Below are positions 1 to 11,200 of a DNA stretch of 46,141 nucleotides, one piece after another. This stretch comes from a virus (lineage: Duplodnaviria > Caudoviricetes). Positions within the stretch are counted from its first letter, which is position 1; every line of letters begins with the position of its first letter. Position numbers and translations under genes: made by a program. The notes under the pieces were generated by a model. That model was not told the origin of the DNA. It was given only the letters and a program-made list of their open reading frames with translations, and ran no database searches. The stretch spans positions 1-46,141 of the IMG/VR virus record IMGVR_UViG_3300028384_000756, one strand, 5' to 3'.

Positions 1-298
1 CAATGTGTGCAGCTGGAATATTGCAACAACTTGCTAGATAGTTTTCTAAAACTTCTCTGGTAGTTGGATAACTTACATCGCACTCCCAAGTGTGAACTTC
101 CATATTTTTTAAACTTGGAAAATCTAATGGCGATTCTTGTATAGGTGTCTTTTTGCATGACGAACAAGACTGAACACTAAATCTTTCTAAAGCAGTTTTC
201 ATACTTGCTTCACAACCTTCTGGTAGGTCTCCTGCAATTTTAATTAAAAAACTATACGTTTTTTTAGATTCTGTTAAAATGTCGCTAAATGATTTCAT
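1..298 (-). CDS. Partial CDS running off the window start; putative head/prohead-associated protein (MKSFSDILTESKKTYSFLIKIAG...)
   Basis: Open frame read manually from ATG at 298, with an AGGA RBS and a GATAAATA late-type motif upstream. Absent from the ORF track because it has no stop in the window. Confidence 0.75.
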   Translation of the reverse strand, partial: MKSFSDILTESKKTYSFLIKIAGDLPEGCEASMKTALERFSVQSCSSCKKTPIQESPLDFPSLKNMEVHTWECDVSYPTTREVLENYLASCCNIPAAHI

Positions 299-318
299 TT
301 TGATTTTCCTATTATGTA

Positions 319-825
319 TTATTTATCCTTATCAAGGCCTTTTAGTCTTTCTAACAGACTGTTGCGATCAGTTACAACATATCCCTCGCCGCTTACCATT
401 CCGTCGTCGCCTGAGCTGCTTTCTTTATCCATTTTTTCTTTTTTGAGTTGAAGTTCTATCATTTTTAACTTTTTATCTAGTTTAGCAGTTTTTGCATCTA
501 AACTAGTTTTTAGCATATTACCTGCAACTTCAAAAACACGACCGCTGTAGCGACTTTCAACGTTCATGCCTAACGTCATTAGATCGTCGTATGCATGTAA
601 TGCTCTACTAGCAATATCTTCTAATTCGTTATCTGCCTTATCGCCAAGTCCTTTTACGTGTGGCAGTGCAGCTGAAATTTTATCAAATTCAGCCATAGCG
701 TCAAATGTTTCTTCTTGTTCGACTATTGCAGATTGCTTTTTAGACTCTTTGTCTTTGTTTTTATCGCTATCTACAATTTCTTTCGAATCTGGTAAATCAA
801 GTAATTCTTCAAGTTTTTTAGTCAT
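319..825 (-). CDS. Putative terminase small subunit (T4 gp16-like), 168 aa
   Basis: Helical protein with 'YDDLMTLG...SGRVFEVAGNMLK' and a coiled-coil C-terminus, resembling the gp16 'PRAYEVAGQLIK' segment; lies in the packaging/head context. Confidence 0.55.
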   Translation of the reverse strand: MTKKLEELLDLPDSKEIVDSDKNKDKESKKQSAIVEQEETFDAMAEFDKISAALPHVKGLGDKADNELEDIASRALHAYDDLMTLGMNVESRYSGRVFEVAGNMLKTSLDAKTAKLDKKLKMIELQLKKEKMDKESSSGDDGMVSGEGYVVTDRNSLLERLKGLDKDK

Positions 826-837
826 AGTACTACACCA

Positions 838-1464
838 TTATATAAAGATATTTATGTCTTTAGAATAACCCAGACTTTGAAAATCTTTTTTGTATGCCTT
901 ATATACTAATTTACATGCATGTCTATTGTAATAACGTCTGTAATTGTTAGGGCCAGTTTTGTTTAAATGAAATAAGTCTTCCGTTGTACCTAAGCATTCT
1001 TTAATAAAACTATTAAATTTATCTAATTCTTCAAATTTAAAAAGTTTGTCGACAGGCAAATACGGATATTGTGACTGTCCTAAAGGTACAAATGGTAATT
1101 GTTCACAAAATTTTTTAAACGTAATACGGCCAGTTTTATCATGCCACGTTTTATGCCATTCGAGATTTGATGTTGTATTAAAATAAGGATCTGCTTGTTG
1201 TGCTAGTTTTTTAATATCAGTTTCGTATAGATACCTATATAAACTAACAGCACGGGAATAAGGATTTCTTGATACTGCAAACGTTGTGCCTAACTCTTTG
1301 CCTAATGATTCTATTTCGTTTACAGTTGCATGAGAATCATCGTGTAAGGTATAGTATTCTTTTGCATGTTTAAAAATATATGCACTAATACTTTTTCCTG
1401 CGGTTTTTGGAATATGAACAAAAGTATACTTTTTGTTGTCACTCCCTATAAATGTTAAATTCAT
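838..1464 (-). CDS. Sulfotransferase (Sulfotransfer_2-like, PAPS-dependent)
   Basis: 5'-PSB-like motif FVHIPKTAGKSI, 3'-PB-like motif FAVSRNPYSRAVS and a C-terminal 'YxxDFxxLGY'. Confidence 0.8.
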   Translation of the reverse strand: MNLTFIGSDNKKYTFVHIPKTAGKSISAYIFKHAKEYYTLHDDSHATVNEIESLGKELGTTFAVSRNPYSRAVSLYRYLYETDIKKLAQQADPYFNTTSNLEWHKTWHDKTGRITFKKFCEQLPFVPLGQSQYPYLPVDKLFKFEELDKFNSFIKECLGTTEDLFHLNKTGPNNYRRYYNRHACKLVYKAYKKDFQSLGYSKDINIFI

Positions 1465-1898
1465 CTACGACGGCCTTTGTGAAATATATCGCCCTCATTA
1501 ACCACTCTAAAAAATATGCCCTTTTGCTTACACCAAATTCTTGCTGCTTCCCACTTAGCTTGATTAATTACCCAATGTGCTTGATTAGCTCTGCTTCTTC
1601 CTAGTTTTTCTTTAACTGTTTGATTTTCAGGTTTTACCTCAATTAACTCTACACGTTGCTTTCCTTTTTTATCGCCGTATGCAATAAAAAAGTCAGGCAC
1701 ATAAATTGTATACTTTCCAGTAAGGGGATGCCTATAAGGTATTTGTACTGCTTCACTTGCCCATTGACTAACACTGGGGTGTTCATCACAGAATTTCATA
1801 AAGGCAAATTCCCAACTGCTTCGGTATGTAGGAGTTCTTGATCCTATATATTTTTCTGGGTTTTGTAGTTTAAACTTACCTTGAGCAAAACGAGACAT
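1461..1898 (-). CDS. gp4: Head completion nuclease (T4 gp4 / TnsA-like PD-(D/E)xK)
   Basis: QGKF..NPEKYIG...YRSSWE, W.SE...IPY, YVPDF, LIEVKP, N.AKWEAA motifs. Confidence 0.9.
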   Translation of the reverse strand: MSRFAQGKFKLQNPEKYIGSRTPTYRSSWEFAFMKFCDEHPSVSQWASEAVQIPYRHPLTGKYTIYVPDFFIAYGDKKGKQRVELIEVKPENQTVKEKLGRSRANQAHWVINQAKWEAARIWCKQKGIFFRVVNEGDIFHKGRRR

Positions 1899-3914
1899 TT
1901 ACTTATAACGGAGTTTTGCTCCGCCCTTCAGTTTTATCGGGCCTCTCATTGTTCTCGATCTCGGAACTAATGGAAATGTACTTTTTTCTATAGTACCTGC
2001 ATATAGAACTTTAGGCTGGCCTCCTTCTAATCCTACATAATCATACCAAGAAGAGGACGTTGCAGAAGTAGTTTCAGTTCCGTAATAAAATTCAGATTCG
2101 GGTCTTGTATCTAAAGACTGCATATAATCTTTTAGTTGATAACTTGTCCAGTCTCTATTATGCTCAATTACTGTTGCTAAAAATCCAGTAGCGACCGGAC
2201 ATGCTGCACTTGTTCCACCGAATGAGCATTCTGTTGCAACACCACCGTTATATGCAAGTCCATTATATGTAGCAGGATAATATCCGACGGAACTATAACT
2301 ATGGTTAGCTGCTAGAGTCCCGTCAGCTGGTGTATAACAATCTACAGTTTCTCCTCTATTACTGTAGTTAACTTTTCTTTCTACCCAGCCGCCTGATTCA
2401 AATTGTATTTGGTCATCTAAAGCACCAACAGCAATTACTGGGTAATCATAGTTTAGTGTTTTCCCCATTTGCGTAGGAAATCCTCGTCTATTAGTAGTTC
2501 CGTAAACAGGTGTACTAAATTCCGAATATTGAGTTGCCGATAATGGTTGGTTAACTGTTTCGTGTATATAATTGTTAAAGTCAGGATGATCTGGTCCTAC
2601 TTGCTTTTGATTACTGTTTCCTGCTGCTGCACAAAAAATAACTCCTGCATCAAGCATTTCCTTACCTGCTTGAGTATATGAATTATCTATCATTTCACTC
2701 GACCATCTGCCGCCGTCGCCTGTTATGCCCATATGCGCAATAAATGCAGGCTCAGCTGTATAACCAGGATATGAAGTTGTTGTACCTCTAAAAGTATAGT
2801 AGTCACCACTTTTAGTACTAGCTCTCCAACCCCAGCTGTTAGAAGATATTGTTGGATCTTGAGTGCCATATTTTGTGTTTACTGGTTTATGCTTATGAAA
2901 TAGCTTTAGTATATCGAAATATGGTTCTACATCAGTACTATTATAACCAATTGAGTTCACAAACCATTTGTTTGCATTGTAAGCCCATCCTTGCGATCTT
3001 CCGTATGTCAATGCACAACAAGGAGTACCGTGTCGTCCGTTATTCGACCTTGACGTATTACTTCCGTTATTTCTTGCTCTTGTATAAAATGAAGAAACAA
3101 GTACAGTGCCGATATCACTAAACTTAGGACTTCGCGCATTTGGATTACTCCACCAAGACCTAGCTGCTGTTTCTGTAGGAACAATAGTACCGTCCCATCT
3201 AGTAATTAATAAATTAGCCGAATCAGCATTAAAGTAATCAGGGTCTAAATAGTAAGGGGAATCTAAAACTAAATCTAATAAATCGCAAGTGCCGTTACCT
3301 GGTAGAACATTGCCGCCAACATAACCTTCAGGTTTAGGAACTTCAGTACCACTATTCAACATAGATAAACTATTTTGAAACTCAGGATGTCCAAACCAAC
3401 ATCCGTCATCACTTACTATAACATCAACATCTTTTCCAGACCCTTGCTGACGAATGTTGCTGTTGATTATTTCTCGAGCATTACCGTTAGCTATCCATGG
3501 ATCAGATTCCTGAGTAGGTCGCAACAGCTGATATCCTGTTCTATTTATATCCGCATCAGTTGGATTATTACCAACACCGCTTCCCATATCTTTAATATTT
3601 TTTACAGTAGTATTATATCTGTCAAAAAATGCAACCGGTGTTGCTACAACATCGTCTGGCGGTGGTTTAAATTGTTCAGGATAAGAAGTATAATCTAAGT
3701 GTATAAAGTCAATCTCATCTCTATTCTTTAATTGTTCTGCTTCTTCGTCAGTAAGTAAAAAAATACCTCTTGTAGGACTGTGATGTTTTTCATCGTGACA
3801 AGTACATTCTCTATCAGGGATATTTTCTTCGTCGCTGCTATGACATAATAGATCGTGTATTACGTTAAAAGAATCAGCATCGACTGTTGAGATTTGATAA
3901 TACTTTTCGCTCAT
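1899..3914 (-). CDS. S8 subtilisin-like serine peptidase, 671 aa, with N-terminal propeptide-like region
   Basis: Catalytic motifs VIVSDDG (Asp), HGTPCCA (His), AAAGNS (oxyanion Asn), FGGTSAACP (Ser). Confidence 0.85.
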   Translation of the reverse strand: MSEKYYQISTVDADSFNVIHDLLCHSSDEENIPDRECTCHDEKHHSPTRGIFLLTDEEAEQLKNRDEIDFIHLDYTSYPEQFKPPPDDVVATPVAFFDRYNTTVKNIKDMGSGVGNNPTDADINRTGYQLLRPTQESDPWIANGNAREIINSNIRQQGSGKDVDVIVSDDGCWFGHPEFQNSLSMLNSGTEVPKPEGYVGGNVLPGNGTCDLLDLVLDSPYYLDPDYFNADSANLLITRWDGTIVPTETAARSWWSNPNARSPKFSDIGTVLVSSFYTRARNNGSNTSRSNNGRHGTPCCALTYGRSQGWAYNANKWFVNSIGYNSTDVEPYFDILKLFHKHKPVNTKYGTQDPTISSNSWGWRASTKSGDYYTFRGTTTSYPGYTAEPAFIAHMGITGDGGRWSSEMIDNSYTQAGKEMLDAGVIFCAAAGNSNQKQVGPDHPDFNNYIHETVNQPLSATQYSEFSTPVYGTTNRRGFPTQMGKTLNYDYPVIAVGALDDQIQFESGGWVERKVNYSNRGETVDCYTPADGTLAANHSYSSVGYYPATYNGLAYNGGVATECSFGGTSAACPVATGFLATVIEHNRDWTSYQLKDYMQSLDTRPESEFYYGTETTSATSSSWYDYVGLEGGQPKVLYAGTIEKSTFPLVPRSRTMRGPIKLKGGAKLRYK

Positions 3915-3925
3915 TCATTACTCCG

Positions 3926-5713
3926 TTAGTAACCAGATATTGAAACACTTAATGGATTGCTTGTATATGTTATTTGTCCTGTAATACGAACTAGTCCGTA
4001 GTTATTGTCGGGACTCCTTACGATTACTTTCATATTAGTCCCATCATATTCAACTGAGCAATCAGAATATATTTCTGTTTCTCCGATTGAGCCTATTTCT
4101 TTAACTTGATATTGATTGTTTAGTCCTGTCGAAGAAAACAAAAACTTTTTAACTACAAATAAATCATTGTCTGTACTATTCATAGTAAGTAATATTTCGC
4201 CACCTGTAGTGTAACGATCTAGTTCTTTTTGCCAAATAGTTTGTATAAAATCTGTACTATCTGTATCTGCTGCACTAGGGTCAATTACATCATAAAATGT
4301 ATCATTAATCACGATAGGAATAAATGATTGATTATTTGCGCTTGCTCTGCCTTGTTTTAATTCACCTTCTACATTTATACCTGATGTAATTCTACTGCTT
4401 GCAGCCGTAATAGTAAGATCATTAGTAACAATAATATCTAAGTTGTTGTCTGATACTAACTGAGGATCTCCTTGAGCTTCGGTTTCAATACTATCTACAA
4501 CTAAACTTTTTGCTGTTAGTTCATTAGTAACTGTTAAACTATTTTCAACAGTAAGATCACTTTGTATAACTACAGAAGGTGTTATAGTAATAGCACTAGA
4601 GTCGTCAGTGTCAATATTACTATTTGCCATAGTAAAGTTACCAATGGTGTCAGTATCAATAGTTTCAAAAGTATAAGTTCCTGCACCGTCAGTAGTTAAT
4701 ACCTGGCCTGTGGTTCCTTCAGTAATACCTAAACTTGTTAAAGTTAGTGCTCCTAGTTGTGTTCCTACATAAGTTTTAACAGCACGTTCAGTAACTAACG
4801 CACTTGCACTATTGTCTGTTAAAGTTGTATCGTTACTAAACTCGTCAATAGAAATACCTAATGACATACTTAGACTAGTTAATCCGGAAAAGCTAGTTGG
4901 CTTATCAGTTAAATCAGTATAGCTTCTAGAAAACAGTAAATTATTAGCATCTGTTAAATCGTTTAAATCTGCTGGAATCGACGGTAAGTTTTGTAAACTG
5001 TTATAGTCTTTATTAAATAATAAGGAGTCATCGTCAGTAAGATCATTAATATCAACTGGTATCACAGGCTTGTTAGCTAAATCTACATAATCGCCCGAAA
5101 ATAGTGACGGTTTATTAGATAAATCATCGTAACGACCTGTAAATGCATCGTTAATGCCGTACCCTGCTAACGTGTCAGGTCTATTAGTAACATTAATAAA
5201 ATCAATACTAGTTGCTTGCACATCTCTGAATACAAAATTACCAACACCGTCTGTTGATAAAACTTGTCCAGCACTTCCGTCAACGATACCCAAGTCTGTA
5301 ATTGCACTTGGTAGTGTGGGTCTATTTCTTAGATCTGAATAGTTGCCTGTATATGCAACAGTATCTAATGGATCATCATAATTTGTAGTATTATCAGCAG
5401 GATCTGATGTTAAAAGTTTCCTCCATATTCCTGCATGTGCGTAATACAAAGCGCCAGTAGCATGAACGTGTGCAACCATTCCGTGATATGTAGATGCACT
5501 TACTGCTTGTAAATCTTGTTCTGTTTGAAAAACGTTACTATAGAAAATTTTGTTAGGACCAAAATCTACGTCAGTGTTTAAAAGGTTTTCTCCATCACCA
5601 AGTGTTGAATAAATTTCATTTAGATTTTCATTGAGCTTGCCGGCTGCTGTACGTAGACCATCACCTGAACCGTCGTTTGGTGCATTACCTCTATCTATTA
5701 GTTGTTTTGCCAT
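3926..5713 (-). CDS. Baseplate wedge/fibre protein with T4 gp9/gp10-like N-terminus and fibre repeats
   Basis: MAKQLIDRGNAPNDGSGDGLRTAAGKLNENLNEIY N-terminus; repeated F(S/T)GxYxDLxNKP and GQVLxTDGxGxFxF units. Confidence 0.75.
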   Translation of the reverse strand: MAKQLIDRGNAPNDGSGDGLRTAAGKLNENLNEIYSTLGDGENLLNTDVDFGPNKIFYSNVFQTEQDLQAVSASTYHGMVAHVHATGALYYAHAGIWRKLLTSDPADNTTNYDDPLDTVAYTGNYSDLRNRPTLPSAITDLGIVDGSAGQVLSTDGVGNFVFRDVQATSIDFINVTNRPDTLAGYGINDAFTGRYDDLSNKPSLFSGDYVDLANKPVIPVDINDLTDDDSLLFNKDYNSLQNLPSIPADLNDLTDANNLLFSRSYTDLTDKPTSFSGLTSLSMSLGISIDEFSNDTTLTDNSASALVTERAVKTYVGTQLGALTLTSLGITEGTTGQVLTTDGAGTYTFETIDTDTIGNFTMANSNIDTDDSSAITITPSVVIQSDLTVENSLTVTNELTAKSLVVDSIETEAQGDPQLVSDNNLDIIVTNDLTITAASSRITSGINVEGELKQGRASANNQSFIPIVINDTFYDVIDPSAADTDSTDFIQTIWQKELDRYTTGGEILLTMNSTDNDLFVVKKFLFSSTGLNNQYQVKEIGSIGETEIYSDCSVEYDGTNMKVIVRSPDNNYGLVRITGQITYTSNPLSVSISGY

Positions 5714-5716
5714 TCG

Positions 5717-6187
5717 TTATTCTCCGTCGAAGGTGATTGTATCTGAATCAAATGTAAAGCCAGTTGCACTAAAATTAGTTTCTATGCTTGTATTTATGAA
5801 GACTTGTTCAGGAGTACCTTCAATAATGTTTCTTTTCTCGTACTTTGTAATATCTTGATCTCGTTTAAATCCTATAGCACTTGTTCTTTTTCTATTATAA
5901 TTTAAAATTTCTGCAATAACAGCACTTAGACGTAACTCGTCTATACCCTTTAACGTTTTTAATAAACTATAAACATCAACGCCGTCAGTTTTAGCTTGAT
6001 TTAATAGTACTGTACTAACAGTTAATGCTGCACTTTGATCAAATCCTCTCGATTCGAAAAAACCTACAACTGTTGATAAATCATTATCAGTTAAACTAAT
6101 AGGTTTTTCGTAATACTTGTCAAAAAACAACGTAACGTCTTTATCTGACCTTTTAGAAATATTTCTTATCGGTAATGAACTGCTCAT
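5717..6187 (-). CDS. Hypothetical protein in the tail/baseplate operon, 156 aa
   Basis: ORF coupled to the upstream gene by an ATGA overlap at 6184-6187; no diagnostic motif recognised. Confidence 0.7.
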   Translation of the reverse strand: MSSSLPIRNISKRSDKDVTLFFDKYYEKPISLTDNDLSTVVGFFESRGFDQSAALTVSTVLLNQAKTDGVDVYSLLKTLKGIDELRLSAVIAEILNYNRKRTSAIGFKRDQDITKYEKRNIIEGTPEQVFINTSIETNFSATGFTFDSDTITFDGE

Positions 6188-7485
6188 GATGTTAAATCCA
6201 ACACTTTGTCTCTATATAATTTTTTACTACCTTCTGGTAACTCATTCCAGGCTTTGTTAGCACCATTCACTCCGTCGCTGCCGCCGTCAGCTAGATAGTC
6301 ATTTAGAAAAATGTTTCTTGCACTATCATCTAGTTGTAATGGATTTTCTAAAAGTTGTTGTCTTTGAGTATTTTCACTAACTGGCGCAGCACCAATTGAC
6401 GCTACTGCTTCTGTAGTATCATTAGACCCGCCTTGGCCGTTTGTTTTAGGTATAATTGCATCTGTTATACCACTAGTTATATTTGAAGATGAACTAGTAG
6501 AATTAGACAAAACGTCCTCAGCAATTCCCTTTGCAAATTTGCTAACGCTAGATGAATTTAAATTTTGTATATTTCTAATTAATTGAAACCCAGCAAGCCC
6601 GGCTTCTAATGGACTACTAAAATTATCACCTTTAGAAATATAATCATACAAGTCTGCACCTGCACCAAATATTCCGTCAATGCCTAGTGTGCCGCCGCCT
6701 AACAAACTAATCGGTGAAGGTTGCTTGTCGTAGTGTGACGGATCTCCAAACCCTTTTGGATCTCCTTCTCCTGATGCATTAACTGTACCTCTGCTATAGT
6801 GTACAGCTTCATACGCAACAGTAATAGTATTAGCCATAATGCCGCCGCCGTCTGCATTATCTACAGTATCATGTTGCCATTGTGTAATAATAGGATTTAC
6901 TATAGTATATGTAGTATATGATTTTTTAGCTAGTTGAGATATTTGTATATTTTTAAAAAATGGAACACTAATATTATTATCTAAACCAAACTTATATTGG
7001 TTGCGACCGCTACCCATATATGTATTATCGCCCGCACCTGCTTTATTATATGCTCCTGGATTTCTTCCATAACTTGCATCAGCATAATAATATCTATAGT
7101 ACGCTTCAAGAAGTGCTGTAGTTACACCATAGTTGTCGTCGTGAAAAGTAATACTAATAGGCTCGTATTGAATACCAGTTTGAACATTCTTTTTCCTATT
7201 ATACTTGTTTCTTGTTTCGACAATAGCAGTATATCTTGGTAAATCTGCTTGCTTTACAAGCATACCTATTTCTATATTATGCTTTTCTTTTAATGAAGGA
7301 AGTATTGTAGCAACAACTGGATCGAGTTCAAAATAAACATGATAGAGAAATTTTTGCTTTGGAGCAAATCTTAAATCATTATCGACATAGAGTCTACTAG
7401 CGTGTTGCCAGTCCGCAACAGTACCTTTAGGTCCTAAAATACCCGATAATAAATTGTCTAAAAATCCATTAGATGTTAGTGCCAT
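6184..7485 (-). CDS. Tail tube-like baseplate/tube initiator protein (gp19/gp54 fold)
   Basis: 'VKQADLPRY...YNRK...IQYEPISITFHDDN...I.NP.IT...HD......ITVAYE' tube-fold pattern; adjacent to the tail tube gene. Confidence 0.65.
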   Translation of the reverse strand: MALTSNGFLDNLLSGILGPKGTVADWQHASRLYVDNDLRFAPKQKFLYHVYFELDPVVATILPSLKEKHNIEIGMLVKQADLPRYTAIVETRNKYNRKKNVQTGIQYEPISITFHDDNYGVTTALLEAYYRYYYADASYGRNPGAYNKAGAGDNTYMGSGRNQYKFGLDNNISVPFFKNIQISQLAKKSYTTYTIVNPIITQWQHDTVDNADGGGIMANTITVAYEAVHYSRGTVNASGEGDPKGFGDPSHYDKQPSPISLLGGGTLGIDGIFGAGADLYDYISKGDNFSSPLEAGLAGFQLIRNIQNLNSSSVSKFAKGIAEDVLSNSTSSSSNITSGITDAIIPKTNGQGGSNDTTEAVASIGAAPVSENTQRQQLLENPLQLDDSARNIFLNDYLADGGSDGVNGANKAWNELPEGSKKLYRDKVLDLTS

Positions 7486-7523
7486 ACAAATATTTATCCA
7501 TATCTATTATGTACGCAGATAAT

Positions 7524-7549
7524 AAAAAAGGGAGCCTAAGCCCCCTTTT
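7524..7549 (-). terminator. Rho-independent terminator after the tail tube gene
   Basis: Minus strand AAAAGGGGGC-TTAG-GCTCCCTTTTTT: GC-rich stem with one G-U pair, followed by a U-tract. Confidence 0.85.
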
Positions 7550-7568
7550 AATTGGTTTTGATAATTTC

Positions 7569-8195
7569 TTATGCGCCGCCGCCGGTAATTAGTGTACCTA
7601 GTGTACGTCCTACTGCTGTACCAATACCTGTGTCTGTTGGTGTTTGGATAGCATTATCATATTGGATTTCTAGTGTAACTGTTACTGGCTCATTGTTTTG
7701 ATATGCTAATGTATTATAGTTAGCGTTTGTTACAAAACAACCATAAAGCTCAAACGTTTCTAGTACATTCGGTGTATTAGCACCGTTACCACCATCTAAG
7801 ATTTCAATACGTGTTGTAAATTTGTAGTCTTGACCACTTGCTGCACTTGACTGTTCGAAAAAGTCGAATTGCTTCTGTAGCTGCTCGCCTACTAGTTTTT
7901 GTACCGCATTGTTTACATCTTCACGTAAGTTCAATGTAATTGGTGACCAAGTGTGCTTACCTGCTAAGTATGCCTTTGAGTTATATGCATGAATTTCCAT
8001 TGGCTCAAATGCTACTGTTGGGCGAGTTACATCAATTACCTGTTTAGTAAGTTCTGTAGTCGGTGTTGAAACACCAAAGTTTTCCAGTGACACTCTAAAG
8101 CGGTACTGGAGCTTCGGCATCAACAAGCCCTGTGTACTAGCAGAATCTCCGCTTGCTAAAGGCACTGTAATTTTTGATAATGTTGAAATTGCCAT
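7569..8195 (-). CDS. gp19: Tail tube protein
   Basis: PKLQYRFRV, RPTV.F, Y.AGKHTW.PITL.LR, E.FELYGCF, V.L.IQYDNA; follows the sheath gene; AGGAG RBS. Confidence 0.9.
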   Translation of the reverse strand: MAISTLSKITVPLASGDSASTQGLLMPKLQYRFRVSLENFGVSTPTTELTKQVIDVTRPTVAFEPMEIHAYNSKAYLAGKHTWSPITLNLREDVNNAVQKLVGEQLQKQFDFFEQSSAASGQDYKFTTRIEILDGGNGANTPNVLETFELYGCFVTNANYNTLAYQNNEPVTVTLEIQYDNAIQTPTDTGIGTAVGRTLGTLITGGGA

Positions 8196-8229
8196 TTAAT
8201 TTGCTCCTAAGTTAAAAGTATTTATCATC

Positions 8230-11200
8230 TTATAGCCCTGCTATTTCGCCTGTATTTTTCAAACGTAGCGGAATGTAAATAAACTCAATAGCTTTAACAG
8301 GTTCAATAGCAACATCTACATAAAGTTCGTTTCTATCAATTCTGCTCGGAGTATTGTTAGTTTCGTCACATACAACTAAGAAGTCATACAATGCTCTTTG
8401 ACCTACAAGTTCTAGTAATAGACTTTCAACTTGTCCTTTGATTTCATCACGTGTGATTTTATCATTTGGCTCAAAGATGTAAGGTTTAGCAAGAGTGTTT
8501 AGCTGACTACGTAAGTAGATAACCAAACGTGCTACGTTAATTCTATCTAAAGAGCTGTTTCCTCTTGCACGAGTTTTCTGTCCAAAGTTAACAAGTCCTG
8601 CGCCAGTAATAAACGTAATTGGGTTTACACCTTGTGCATATAATGTATCTCTTTGTCCTTCGTTTAGTGCAATAGTTACAAATTCTCCTTCGTTATCAAT
8701 GTAGCCTGTTGCTGTTGCGTTTGTAATGCCGCCGCGTCTTGTGCCTGCTGGTGCAAACCATGGATAGCTAACTTGGTCGCTTAGTGCGATTGTACGTAGC
8801 ATCATGTGACTTGGAGGAACAACTACGTTGTTACCAAAGTTGTCACTTGTAAATCCTGCTGGATAAAACACTGCGAAGTAGTCATCTCTACTTACTAGTC
8901 CGTCGTCGTTATCTTCGGCTGCTAGTTTAGCATTTGTTGCCCACTCATTTAGTGAAGTTGCATCTGGTGTTAGTCTCATTGGTGCATCACCAACTACAAA
9001 TCCAGTTAAACCTCTGTCGTAGTTTAGCGTGATCATTTCGCCGATCAGCTCTGGATAACCTGGGCAAGCAATCAAGTTAAAGATACGTGCTTCGTCGTCT
9101 CTAATTTCGTCGTTGTTGTTAACAACTTCTTGTAATGCTTGTACAATAACTTTACGCTGTGCTTTACGTCCAAAGCTACCTGATCCGTCATTTTGGTTTC
9201 CTGATTCAGTAACCCAGCGATCTCTGTTGTACGGTGTACCTGCACCGTCTGCATTACTCATATCTTCATCTTTATGACGTAAATTCTTTTCGCCTGTGTT
9301 AATGTAGTTTTTAACAAACTTTTTAACATTAAAACCACTTCTACGAGTATTAACAAGAATCATGCCTTGTGGATAAAGTGCTGGATCTGGAGCATCTGGA
9401 TCTAAGTAGTTATTTGTAAGTAGATCTTTAATTGTTGCTGCTGTGTTACCATTAATACCACTTGTACCATAACGTGCATCTGCAAATAGTACACCGTTTT
9501 CAGTTGTTCCATCTGACTTATCTAATAGTTCCCAAGCGTCAGTTGCTTTTCTGTAACGATAAATCATTGGATAGTTTTCTAAGTCTGAACTGTCAATCCA
9601 AAGATCGCCATTTGCTAACTCTGTACCATCTGATTGCTTAGTCGGCTGTGTTGCAGAAATCATAGGACCTGCTGGGTCTGTTTTTTCTGAACTTACTGCT
9701 GAGTAGTATGGACTTGCAGGACCAAAGTTACTTGCGTCATTGCCGTCATATTGGTAGCCTACCCAAGTAGTACCATTATGGATCATAATGTCAATTTCAT
9801 CGATAATTGAATTGTACCATAGCTGACCATCTGCTGCTGTATCTGTTGGTGCAGTCGGACTTGCAGTATAGTTTAGTGCCTGCCAGTTGCTTGCTCTATA
9901 AACTTGTGGCTGTGTTCCACTGTCTGTTCCTGGCTCGTACGATACATATTGTGTGCCTGTATTAGCGTCTACATATGGTGAAATACCTAATGCAACTAGT
10001 GAAGCAAAACTTCCACTACCGTCGGTAATTTTCATTTCGCCGCCTTTGCTATGCTTAATAACAATTCTATTTTCGGAATCTACTTCAGCACTTATGTTCG
10101 GAATACCTGCACTTGTAATTGCAGTTGCCCATTTAATTGCTTGATCAGCTGCACTTTCTGTTCCGTCCATAGTAACAGTTGCAATGCTTGAAGCAAATAA
10201 GCTAAAGTCTGCATCACCTGGTGATGTTGACTGAATATACATGTTATATGTGCCTGCTCCGAACGAATTAGATTCAATTGCTTTTGATTTAATTACAGTT
10301 GATCCGATTGCTGCTCTTCTATAAATTCTAAACGATGCTAACGGTAATGTGTCGCCTGCAACATTTGTTAAAATAAATGAATCGCCGATTTGTAAGTTAT
10401 CACCGCCGCCAGTTCTATCAAGTTCAAGAATAGCATCCTGTGCGGAAGGGAACATTGGTGATTCATCTGAATCCCATAATCTTGTTTCGTCGTTCCACTG
10501 TTTAACTCTCCAACGAGCACCTAAGTTTGGTTCTGTAGTTTTTAACCAAATAGAACCAGTTGGTCTACCGGTTACACCTGATGCTTTTTTAAATGTTGTT
10601 GGAATGCTTGTATGCTTACTAATTTGTAATGCTGGTGGATAATATGTACCAGCTGTCAACCCTAATGCAGTTAATGCAGTTTCGTCGTTGTTTGTACCTG
10701 CTGCAATAACTACTGGACCCGCTAGTGTACTATCTGCACCGCTTGTAGTACCATCACTGTATAGTGCTAGTCTATTATCTACTGCTGCTGCTCTTAGTCC
10801 ACCAATGCCTAATCCATTAATATCATTAACAATTTCTGACAGAGTTTGTCCATTTGATAATGTAATTAAAGTATCGTTTAGTGTAAATGTTGAAGCACTA
10901 ACACTTGGATTAGCCTTAGAACCTTTAACTGCTGGCCAGCTGTCTCTCCATTCGTCGCTACCGACTTGTACCCAATCTCCATCGGAAGCTCTATACCAAA
11001 TAGTTACAACTTTGTTAACAGCAATTACTGCGTAATCGCCAATTTCACCAATTGATGCTAGTGGAGCACCTGGTGCGTTAACAGTGCCTGTTACTTGTGT
11101 TTCTTTTGTTAATACTAGCGGAGTTTTATTTGTAAATGTTTGTCCACCGGTAATTGTTATATCTGCGTTATTCCATTCTTGGATACCAAACAATGAAGTA

